Below, one piece after another: positions 25,916 to 39,619 of a stretch of DNA of 64,000 bases. Position numbers and translations under genes: made by a program. Under the pieces are notes generated by a model. The model made no database searches. It saw only the letters and a list, made by a program, of their open reading frames with translations, and was not told the DNA's origin. The DNA comes from Lama guanicoe (taxonomy: Eukaryota). How positions within the stretch are numbered: the stretch's first letter is position 1; each line of letters opens with the position of its first letter. The stretch lies in NCBI GenBank assembly GCA_013239625.1, contig MU053482.1, forward strand, positions 3,743,922 to 3,807,921, read 5' to 3'.

Positions 25916-28900
25916 GGAAAAACAGACTAAAATATTTTTCCTCTTTTACAGAGGAAGAAACTGAGGGTTAAGAGAATTTAAGTGACTTGTCCAAGGTTCT
26001 ACAACTAGAAAGTATCAGAACTCAGATTCAAACCTAGTTTCTCCCCATCATTACCATGTTGACATTCAACCCTTACTTAATAACTGTTAGGTGTCAGGCA
26101 TTATTCGGGTTCTGAGAATACAGCAGTAGATAAGAAAGTCAACGTCTCTGCCCCCATAGAGCTCACATTCCCTTTTATACAATAAAATTGGAAACGAGAA
26201 CTTAAATGTTTCATTATTTAAATCTTTCCTATGCTTATTTTGGATTAGTGTATTTTTAATGCTTTATGACTTGGAAGTACAATGTTCACTTTATCATCAA
26301 CTTTGTCCTGATTTGAGGAAATTTTACTAGCAGTGATGTAATACAAAGCAGAGGCATGGTCATTTCAGTATTTGACTGGCAAAATACTAGATAAATATTC
26401 CATACATACACTAAACAATTCATTGATTTTCATAACAGAGTTTGTGTCTTGAACTTTAGGACTTTTTTCATAAGCTCTATTCATTTCTCGTGTTTTTGCA
26501 TAAAGTTTAGTTGATGAAAATGCTTTTTTCCTTGAATACAAAATTAAGCAAAAATAGAATACATACAGTACATTGGTGTTGCACAATTTAAGAAGTGTTG
26601 GACTTATCTGATCCTTTTTGGGAAAGACTATCCCAACTGGTAGTCAATATATTATGAAATTAGTAAGACTCAGAACTCCAAGTTCATAACAGACTAGAGC
26701 TCTGTACTGTATTGGCCTGGACACTGAACCCTTGAGAGTAGCTTGTTTTCTAGAAGAGGTACACAGTTTGACTGTCAGAAAGAAAATTGTTTCCTAAGCC
26801 TTCCTGGAAAGTGATGTTGGCTTAGTTTCTGATGACAGCTGTCTGGTTGATTTATGGTGCTTTGATAGACCATATATATGTTTAAAAGCTGGGACACGTA
26901 TGTGAAAAGTAAATTGCTGTTAAGGTAAGTGTGTTCTAGAGTGACTCTCACTGCTGCCTCTTGAAATAGGTGCTTGGTTGAGAAAAAAAGAATGGTGTAT
27001 GAATGTTGCTGAGTGAATCTGGGAGCCTTCTAAGGACTCCAGAAGCATTTGAGGCTTTGACAATATACCATGACTTTTAACTTGTAAGAAGTAGTAAGAG
27101 ATGATGTTTAACCTTTTCATTTATACATGTGGAATAGTAAAAATAACATTTTGCATTTTAAAGTCCCTCTCTAAACCCCAAGGATTTCGTAAGTGTTGGG
27201 TATTTAATTCTTCCATAGCTATAACATGGTTATATAACCTGCTATAGAATTAATTGCCTAAGATCTATGAAATGCTCTGGAAATGGACATCAGAGTGATT
27301 TTTTTAAAATAGGAGCATGGAGAAAAGCCTTGGACTAAAATCTTATTCTGTCATCCCAAGCCAACCCCCAGTGCTGTATCATTCTTCCCTTACATACTTG
27401 TGGGCAGAGAGGTAGGGGCTACTTTTGTATATGAAGTCATAGAATTATTAAAAATTAAGTTAAAAAATAGCGCCAACAGTGAAATTCCTAAGGGTGAGTC
27501 CCTTTTGCCTCACTACCCTCTAAGAATTCTGGGATCCTCTTCCTTGAGGGACAGGGTAAGGGTGGGAAATAGTTATGGCACCAACAAGGACATGATGATA
27601 GTAGCAACTATCATGAACAGTTACTAGATAAAGCTCTGAGACTCAACATTTATCCCTTCACTCAATGAAAACATAATGAAAGCCAAATTTGGGGATTTTT
27701 ATTCATCATAAGCCTTTGATTAATGCACTGTATTTCCTTATGGCAAAAAATAATCAAAATTCAATTTCGCATGCTCCCAAATTTAGGTAACTATCAAGTT
27801 TATGCCACAAATCAGTTTAGTGTGGTGCTATATGAGATGAAAAGCAGTCTAATATATCTTCCTTGCTTTTAAGAGTGAAGATGGAGAACCTTTCAGTTAA
27901 TATGTACATTTTCCAAAGCAGGATCTCTAAGATTCTGAGTCTCCTCAGAAGTATATGAAGGTCCCAGGATCATCCAAACTTTGAGATCTTCAAAAGGGTC
28001 CTATGTGGATGGGTATTATGTCTGTACCAGTGAGTTTTAAATACCCCAGTTATATCAGCTCTTCCCTCAATGCCCTCACACATTTACAGACAGCCCCTGG
28101 AGGTGATAACCTAACCCTCATCCCAGTCTTCCCTTTGAAAACCACAATGCCTTCCCATTGTATTTGAAATAAAACCCTAACTCTTTATATTGGCTTCTAA
28201 TACCCTAAATAATTTGGTTTTTTCCTACCTCCTTGACAATTTTTTACCACGTCATGGTGCTCTTTATTCCAGAGGCTTCATATTTCTACTCCTCAAACAC
28301 ACCAAGCTCTTTCTGTGTCAGGCTGTTTGCACTTGTCTTCTCTCCATCTGGATTATTTTTCCTTCCTTCATCTGCCTGGCTCCCTCTTATCACTCAAGCT
28401 TTGGCTCAAACGTCACTTTCTCAAAGAGATGTTCTCTTACTAACTCAGTTAACATTCTCCTTCATTAACATCTTTTGTTTACTTAATAGGTTGTCTTTCC
28501 CACTAGAATGTAAATTCTTTGAGGGTAATGACCCCTTTACTCCCCTTTGTTTCTTAGTGTTGCTGTGGATTTAGCCTAAATTTGCTATTTCTTCCAGCAT
28601 GTTTACTGACTTTCAGAAAGGTAAGAGTCAAATGTAGGCATTTAGATCACCATCTTAAACCTGAAGTCCTAGCTTGTTTGGGGAAAGGTTTATTTTGTTC
28701 AAAAGTATTTGTCAAGAATGCCCTGCTAACTGTGATGTAACAGACTGCACCTTGTCAACACATATCTCTTCTGAGAAGTTAACACAATTCTGTAGGGAAC
28801 ATGCTTTGACAGAAAGCAATGTTTAAGACAGAGGACTACTCGAATTATTTCTAGCTGATTATTCCCTCTACAAAGCATATGACTTATTAAACATAAAAAT

Positions 28901-29272
28901 ATAATTTTTATCCCACCAGAGTCTTCAAAAAAATTAAAGAAAAAATGAACAGATTTGTTTTCAAGGTTAATTTCTAATTTGAATTATATAGTTGATTCTT
29001 AACTAGCCCTGCCTAAGCTACTAAGTAAAATTCACTTATTATCAAGTTGTCCCACTAAGAGAAATGGCATTTGATAATATCTAATGATGTCATATATGTA
29101 CTGATTTAGTTTCTGGTCTATAAAATATTACCAGCAGCAGACTTTTGAAGGGTAACACTACGGTAGATGGTGGAATAACGAGATCAGGCTTAGTTTTTTT
29201 GAGAAGGCCCTCATCATTGCAGCTGAATTTACCAATCTATCCTAGTTTTATATTGCTTTCCTTTTAGGCCAC

Positions 29273-30100
29273 TGTATTAGTTAAGATGATTTTGCCTATG
29301 GTAATAGAAAACCCAATGTAAATGGTCTTGGACAATAAGGGTTTTATTGGCCTAGGTAACAAAAAAAATTAAAGTCAGTAAAGTCAGTGATCAAGTGTGG
29401 TTCAGGCAGGGCTCTGGTTTAATTTCTGGTATTTTGGCTGTGCCCTCCTCTCTGCATTGGTTTTATCCCCATGCTGGTAGCTAGAGAGCTGCAGCGATTC
29501 CAGGCCTGCCAAGGACACAGGACATTTATCTCTTCCTTAAGAGTGAGGAAACATCTTTTGTCAAAGCCCATATTAATACTGCCTTTGCTTTTCACTTGCC
29601 TGTATTGGGTCACATGCTACTTCTGGGCCAATTCCTGTGGCCAGAGGAATACTAAGCCTTAATAGGCTTACAGCCAGGTTCATTGAACAGTTTTTGTAAG
29701 GCCAATGGCATTACACTCACCAGCGTCTTTCAGACGGAGTACTGTTGCCTAAGAACAGATCATGAAATAATCTTTGAGTCCTCATCATTTAAAAAATTAA
29801 ACATATTTTGGAATTATACTACACATATGAGAGATTAGTGCTATTTCATGAAACTTTGGTGCTCACACATACATATACCTGGATCATAATGTAAAATTTG
29901 TTTCCTATTGTGAATTGGGCTCAAAAAACGTTTGAAAGCTATTATCTTAGACAAAACAAGTCTATTCCTAAAGCTAGAGTGGGGTCAGCTTTTATTTAAA
30001 TATATGGATCATGTAGGGGAAAGTGGATACCTGAAAGCAAATCAGAGTACAGTTTGGGAAAGAAAAATAGATGCTGAGATCAGTCAACAATTTCCCCTGC
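29273..30100 (-). mobile_element. Old MLT1 (J/K-like) LTR, interrupted
   Basis: tgtattagttaagatg...gtaatagaaaaccca...ttgggtcacatgc...aagctagagtggggtcagc. Confidence 0.55.
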
Positions 30101-30756
30101 AACCTGCCTGATGCTTGAGTTATTCTTTAATCTACACTAGGTTCCAATATAGCCATAACAAAACATATTTTAGTTTTTCCAATGTTTTCTAAATTTCAAA
30201 GTACATCTCCCTTCCAAAAAAGCACTTCATTCCTTCCATCCACTAAGTATCCATGATGGGGCAATTTATAAATTTTATAATTTGGTTGCTGGGAAACATG
30301 GTAAAAGACTCATTTTAAAGCTTGGCTTCTAAGAAAAAAAAACTCACAAATCTCAAATAACTGAGCACATCTTATTATCACCCAATCTATGTTTGGGTTA
30401 AAATTTTTATCTTATTTGACAAGAACATTAGAGCTCATTCTAGTTCAACCCCTTTCATTTGATAACTGAAAAACTAAGGTCAAGACAGGAGGATGAACTT
30501 ATCTAAGACAGTTAATTAGTTGCAGAACACAAGTCTGTTGACAGTTGCTTTAGAATTCTTTCCATTGTACTAATTAACAGTGCAGTTATACCAACTTTAA
30601 AAAATGAAAGTAAACAACATGCGTAAGTTCCAAAGGCATTTAGATTTATAGAGCTGATACATTCTTTCAGGAGTTGTAGGTGAATTATATTTTGGAGAGT
30701 AAAATTGCGTTTTTAAGGAAACAGAGGAGCTTATTAAAGAAATGCTGCCTTGGGGA

Positions 30757-31285
30757 GTCAAAAAGATATCTGTACTCCCATATTCACAGCAGTATTATTC
30801 ACAGTAGCCAAAATATGCATATAACCCAAATGTCCACTGATGGATGAATGGATAAACAAAATGTGTGTATATATATACACACACATATATATATACATTG
30901 GAGTATTATTCATCCTTAAAAAGAAAGGAAATTCTGACACATGCTATAACATGCATGAACCTAGAAGACATGCCGAGTGAAATAAGCCAGACATAAAAGG
31001 ACAAATGATGTATGATTGATTTCACTATGAGGTCCCTAGGGTATCCAAATTCATAGAGACAGAAAGTAAGAATGATGAGTGTCAGGGACTAACGGAGGGA
31101 GTGGGGGTTAGTGTTTAATGGGGACAGAGTTTCAGTCTGGGAAGATGAAAAAGTTCTGGAGATGGATGGTGGTGATGATTGTACAACACTGTGAATGTCC
31201 TTAATGCCACTGAACCATCTTCTTAAAAGTGGTAAAAATAGTAAGTTTTGGGTTATGTCTTCCTACAATTAAAAAAAAAAACTAT
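30757..31285 (+). mobile_element. L1M 3' end
   Basis: aacccaaatgtccactgatggatgaatggataaacaaaatgtg...ggagatggatggtggtgatgattgtacaacactgtgaatg, then A tail. Confidence 0.85.
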
Positions 31286-31618
31286 ACAGAGTGAAAAAAA
31301 AATGCTGCTTTTGAAGTCTGAAAGGTAAAGAATATTTGCTGCCTTATCTGTTTAAGTGAGGCCAAGGATTTTAAAGCTAATTCTCATAACATTATAGTAT
31401 GAATTGTATTTCACCTTAATACTTTACTTTTTAAGCTAGGGGATTCAATTCACTGAGGACTGTTAGTATGATTAGAAATTTGCTAAGTTCTATGAATAAT
31501 CCAAAAGAAGTCTTAGCTCTAAGAGATTACAATTGTGTATTTATGTATGTGTGGTACTAGGGCAAGACTGGAAACACAGGAAACAATCCTGATTAAGAAA
31601 TGAAAGCAATTTCAATTA

Positions 31619-31813
31619 TAATTGACCTTTGCACAACATGGGGGTCAGGGAAGCCAATCCTTCATGAGGATTCATATATAACTTATGGTGCAGCCCTCCT
31701 CTGCAGACGTAACTAACCACAGATGCTATAAATATGGTATAACTTACTATTGAAAAAATCTGGGTACGAGTGGACCCATGCAGTTCAAACCTGTGTTGTT
31801 CAAGGGTCAACTG
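31619..31813. mobile_element. Tigger2/MER8-like TcMar MITE
   Basis: TIR attgacctttgcacaaca ... tgttgttcaagggtcaactg flanked by TA. Confidence 0.8.
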
Positions 31814-34800
31814 TACTTGAAATATAGGGATTAAAAGTAACAAAGCCCATATGACATTGTACATTAACTATATCTCAAAACAAAAATACCGAAGTGATGA
31901 AAAGAGGTTCTTGATAACACCATCTTAACACAGACCCAGTCATCCCTGAAGCTACTGCAAACATTGATCAGTAAGTACACTTTCTGACTTGAGTAAGCTT
32001 GATTTGGGTTAGTATAAATTACAGTTGAGAACTTTCACTAATACAAGAAACATTTGTGGTTAATATTTTTAAGGAAAATATGAATCCAATTAAATTAATT
32101 TCAGAAAAAGCAAAAAAAAAAAAAGCAGGAAAGTCCTTTTGGAATGGAAATGTTATGGGAGCTTTATTGCTTCAGGAATAGGAAGGGTAGCTGTCATTTG
32201 AGGTTGCTGTATTGTTTAGCCCCCAAATATCTCGAGCACTAAGCAGAATGCCACCCATTTCTTCCTTTAGAGTTGTTTTCTCTTTTGTGCGATGGGGTTT
32301 TCAGGTTTCCCTCTAGTTCCAGACGGAGCTTCTAGTATCTGGAGACTTAAGGAGTAATGGCAGGCTAACCAAAGGGCTTTAGAGGTACAATAGAAAGGGA
32401 ATTTGACAGTGCTCAAGACTTTCTTTGCTTGGGTTTTACTTAAGGAAGGCTGATTCTGAAGCATAGGTAGAGTTTAAACATAAAGGAAAAGAATCTTCTC
32501 TTGGGATTCAGTCACAGTAACCACAGTAGGTTAGGGTAATACAGAAGTTGCTGTCTGGAGCTAGACTTAACCATCATCCAGCAGGTATGAGACCCACCTT
32601 TCGGTGCTAAAAGTCTATTCTCACTAGCCATACATGGTACCCATAGGTTAGTCCTGATAGGTTATAGAACAGGTATGCAGTTGCCATTAAGAACCATTAA
32701 AGAGGTCTAGTAGCAGTTAGTGGCCCCAGCCAATAGACTTGGGTTTAAATGCAGAAGAGTAGATTCTCAGAGGAAGTGGTTAGGGATAAAGGACTAGAAA
32801 GCAAGAGAGGTCTTGTATTTCAAGAGGTGATATCCTGGACAGATGACCTAAGCAGAAGCTCTGTTTCAGCAATCACATAGGGAGTCTGGTTATCAAACTT
32901 GAGGTATGAGCCCGATGTAGACATTAAGGCTTTGTACCTACTTCTCAAACTTGGGTAGACTTAATTCCAGGATTAGCTGACAAAAAGTACTGCATGTATG
33001 AGTATGTATGATGAATCTTTTTGGAGAAATAATTTTACTTGGTAGCAATTTAATCCCTATTTTACATATTTTTATATTAAAACAGTCGTACTTTGAAGTA
33101 GATGGTTATTTTGGATGAACTTAGAGAAGAAAACAGAGGATTTCAAAGAAATGTTCACATTTTAGTAGGGAGTTTTAGCTATACTCCCAAGTCATTGATA
33201 CTCTTAGAAAAATCTGAAAGGCAAAGATGGCATAAAATACCATCAGAAAAGACCCACTTTAAACTAAGTTCTGCTATTTATTGTGTGACTTTGCACAAAT
33301 TCAAAAATTACCTAGTTCCATGATTGTTATAAAGATTACTGATGACATACAAGCATCTAGTAGGGTAACTGGCAAATAGGTGCTTAATAATGTGACAAAG
33401 GAGAAAAAAACCTGGACTAAAAATACTTAATCTTGCAGCGTCAGATTAGGTCAGGTCCTACAGCCTTGAGATCTGCTGAGTTTCCACAGAGAATAAAAAC
33501 TCAGACTGGAAGTTTGACTGTGGAGTAAAGTTTAACTGGGACATGGTTGGATATGGCAAGGAACTAATACACGTCACTTAATCTATTCCTGACCATCTGA
33601 CCACCCATTGTTAGAGGAGTTTTGTATACATACTCGTTTCATCTTAGTAACTCTTCAAAGGCAGCATAATTACAATTTTACAAACGAGATAACTGAGGTT
33701 CAGGAAGGCTCGAACTGTCTAAAGTTGATTAGCTAGTTAAGTAGTAGAGCAGGTACTGGAACCTAGTTATCCTACCACATTCTGCCGTAGGGAGGGGAGG
33801 TATTCCTCCCTAAAACGGGGCATAGTTTTGAATAAGTGAGATTAAATAAATAATGGCTATCTCTAGTAGCTCTTGGCTATAGGAGTAACAGAAAACTTAA
33901 CAATGTTAGTGAGCTGCGTTGTGTGATGTGACACGCTAAGAGGAGACCAGAGGCAGGACAGTCAGTCAGAAATCTTTTGCAGTATTCTAAGAATGAACTG
34001 ATAGAGGTTTCAAGTCTAATCATCTTCAAGTACGGTAAAGCCTCATTAGACTATAGTATACGGAATTTGCAATAATCTATATAGGAACTGAGAAACAAAG
34101 AGAATCTGAAAATGTTCTTTATACTCTCTCCCCAGTAGTTCAGCTCCAATCAGATCTCTGACATCCCTCAGTGACTTCTGCCTAACAGCCACATTAAATT
34201 CTAATAGAATAACGGAGCCCAAAACACAAAGAGTAGCATTCTACACACGAGAACATAGAAATATAAGCTAACATGTCCTATCCAATTTTTTGTTGGTTCA
34301 CATTTACCAACACTTTTTCCTTTACTTAGCACCTACTTTAGTAAGATCTTCTGCCAGATAAATGAGACACAGAGCTAGATAAGACCAGTTAACAGCTCAG
34401 TCCAGTACCACTGGAAATTTTGAGATCACCAAGCAGTTCACAGTTGAGACATACACAAAAAATAGAGCCAAACAGAAAGATATAGAGAATGACAGGATCT
34501 AAGATTAACTAAGTCAAAGGGCTGAAAAGCAAATAGGAGTTTGTCAGGAAGCAAGGTGAAGAAACAATTTTTTGAGACCTGAAAACGTGATACAGTCAGA
34601 TATGTTCAGGCAAGAAGTTCCCTGTGATTGGAGGGTGGGCGTGGCCAGAAAGATTGGCAGTGATGAGATCCTGAAAAGGTAGTCATGCTAAGAAACTGGG
34701 ACTTTATCTTGTGAATCAATATTTCCCATAATCATGACCTGGAACCCTTTGAAATTACAATGTGATGAAGAAACACCAACAGTAACACAAGTTCACATTT

Positions 34801-34848
34801 TTGATTCTTTACCTTTCTTAAAATCGAAGAGGTATATACTTGAATCAT

Positions 34849-34897
34849 TTTATTTAAAACCTCAAAATACCAGTGGTGAAGCAAATCATTTTTTATT
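34849..34897 (-). terminator. Two AATAAA polyadenylation signals just downstream of the ZBED5 stop
   Basis: tttatt at 34892-34897 and 34849-34854 on the plus strand. Confidence 0.55.
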
Positions 34898-34943
34898 TTC
34901 ATCTTATATTTGGTTATCAAGAGGCATGCAGAACCCTCCAATT

Positions 34944-37082
<2,139 letters not shown>

Positions 37083-37398
37083 TCAAGGCGCAGATGGAAC
37101 ATCACACGTTCATGTATCAGGTGATCTCTCATTCGACTTCCTGGTGCTCTCAGGTATGGCACTCCTTTTCGTAAAGGTAGATTATCACATAAAAATAAAA
37201 GCTATAGCAATGAGTTTAGTAGTCTTAAACTTATATTTTAAAATAAATTACAAAGAAAAAACTACTGTTAGCATTGATCTTTTCCTCATAACACTTATAA
37301 ACTTAGACAATATTAACATCCTGTAAAAGACAATTTGGGAACCACTGGGCTAAGAAATAATGAAGAGTTGATAAATGTATTTTGAAGGAAGGGACTTT

Positions 37399-37603
37399 GA
37401 GGGGCTGGCAAACTTTTCCTATAAAGATCATTTGGTAAATATTTTTTACTTTATGGGGACACATGGTCTCTGTTGCCACTACTCAAGTTTGTACTTGTGG
37501 CACAGCAGCAGCCATAGACAATACCTTAAAGAACGGGCCCAGCTGTATTCTAACTAATCTCTATTTACAAAAATAGGATGGGGCCATAATTTACCAACCC
37601 CTT
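37399..37603. mobile_element. MER58A hAT MITE in ZBED5 intron 2
   Basis: ggggctggcaaactttt...gtaaatatttt...cagccatagacaata...tttaccaacccct. Confidence 0.85.
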
Positions 37604-38230
37604 TCATGGATACAGTATCCTGGAATCTCTTTTAGCTTTCTGGTGCCTACTGCCATTAGACATATTAATTGCTGACACTATTATACATCTGAAGGCTCCT
37701 TTCAGAGCTAGCAACTATTCTGAAGAGCTATGTCAAAAACACACATAGTTCAAAGTTTTGCAAGACACAGAATCCTGCTGCATCCTAAATACCATGTGTT
37801 AACATTGAAAAATAAACTATAAACCAAAAGTTAGTTACTATTTCTCTGGACTTAAAATTACATAAATATTTACATTATCCAAAATAAGACCTATTCAAAG
37901 TAATGTACAGATTTTACTGATTACTCTGCATCCTATTATTCTTTACTGAAGGCTTAACAAAGACCTAAAGAAAACATAAACTCTCATTTTAATAGGTATA
38001 TTCTTCATATAATAGCTTTTAAAAAGCATAATTAAATGCAACGGTAATGCAAATTTTACGACTGCTGAAGAGTACTGGCTTATAAGTTAAGGCATTCAAA
38101 TTTAGTATCTATCTAAATAAAGCTACTTTTGATTTAAACTTTATCATTTGGCTACAGAGTAAGCACTGGGTTCTCATATTAGATCCTGAATCAAAATGGT
38201 TTTCCTAGTAACAGCTAGAGAGTAAGATAC

Positions 38231-38345
38231 CTGAAATGAGGAGCAGTCCCTTCTGTAGTCACACTCTCCACCTTGGCAGCTTGAAATGTAGATTCTTCGA
38301 AAAAATTAAATTAAGGGATAGGGTGGAAGGGGAGTAACCAAAAGC
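38231..38345 (-). other. ZBED5: ZBED5 exon 2 (115 nt), paralog of EIF4G2 exon 2, with GTG at 38271
   Basis: Acceptor ttctcattctag and donor TTTCAG|gtat are the same as in EIF4G2 exon 2; 34/41 nt identical from GTG to donor. Confidence 0.85.
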
Positions 38346-38769
38346 CTAGAATGAGAAAAATTAAAATTAGACACTGCAAAAGCAGAACTAAATACAAATC
38401 TCTCAGATGACCATTCCTTAACAATTTATTTTAGAGCCAGGTGGTACAAATGATTCTTCACCACAATGCAGATCTTAAGAGTGAAATAGAAGGTGCCTAG
38501 CATAGGAGAAATGCTAATATTTTTGTCCTGTTTAATATCCAGGTACTTTCATTGTTTTGAAATACTCCCCCATCCACTGACTTCACAGAAAGACATTAAA
38601 AACTTTCAGAAACTAAACCTAACTTTTTACGGTACAGCCACACCTTAATGTCTCTAAAACTAACTAAGCATTCAAAGTAATCCAAAATGGAATTATACAT
38701 GTAAATGTTATAAAAACAATGCCTTTTTGCTATAACCACCCTTGTCTCAATAACCAAGTTCCTAAGGTT

Positions 38770-39010
38770 ACTAATGTTTGAGTGACCATTGTTTACTACG
38801 TGCCAGTTAACTGCTAAATCCTTTGTAGATTAGCTCATTTAATCCTCAAAACAAATCTGAGTCAGAGACTATCATTAATCGCTCCCTCCAGTAGGGATGA
38901 ACAAATAGATGCAGAGAGGTTACGCCACCTGCTAAGTTAACACATCTGTGAAGAACTAAGAACAGAACTCAAAAAGTTCGCCTGCAGAGCCCACGTGCCT
39001 AGTACTGCTG
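38770..39010 (-). mobile_element. MIR SINE in ZBED5 intron 1
   Basis: tactacgtgccag...ctcatttaatcctcaaaacaa...gcagagaggtta...cagagccc. Confidence 0.7.
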
Positions 39011-39619
39011 TGTGCCCCTTAATACTCTTAACTCCCAAGCACTCAAAAAATCTGGTCCAGCAATTGGACGGTGCAGAGAAATGAACTACAAAGGATTACA
39101 ACTGCCAGAAAGTCTAGGGTCTTAGACGGGAAGCAGCAGCAGCAAGCCCTAATTCTCCATTACTGGGAGCAAAAGAGATTGTCCTTCCACAGTCCAGAAT
39201 GGAATCTAGCGACAGAGAATTTCATGGAGCCGTTTGCTGGGTGACCTCAAAGGTTAGGATCCCTCGCTTGCTGCCAGACAAGGACGCAACGGAGTAGGAT
39301 GCTTTGTTTTCAGGAGGGGAAGGGGTCTCATCACCACCTCTTTAGAGGTGCTTCCCTGAATCTCTGGAGGACAAAGAGATTGCACTCTCTAAAGTTTCTA
39401 TTCGCCTGCCTGAAGGGGGGGCGGAATCATCATCTTTTGTCTCTTCCGGTTAAACTGACAGGTATCACAATCCATTCACCCCCACCCTCAGGAGGTTCCA
39501 GCTTTGAACAATACCCTTGGGGGCAGGAAGGCTGGGTAAGAGTGCAGTCCACTCAAAACGGCAGAAGTGGGCACGGACACCCAGTCCAGCACCTAAATGC
39601 TTCTTTAAACAGTCACCTC

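Noticed and set aside
37083..37112. Two in-frame TGA codons as selenocysteine or readthrough sites
   Set aside because: No SECIS-like element recognised in the short AT-rich 3' UTR and no TGA-CTAG readthrough context
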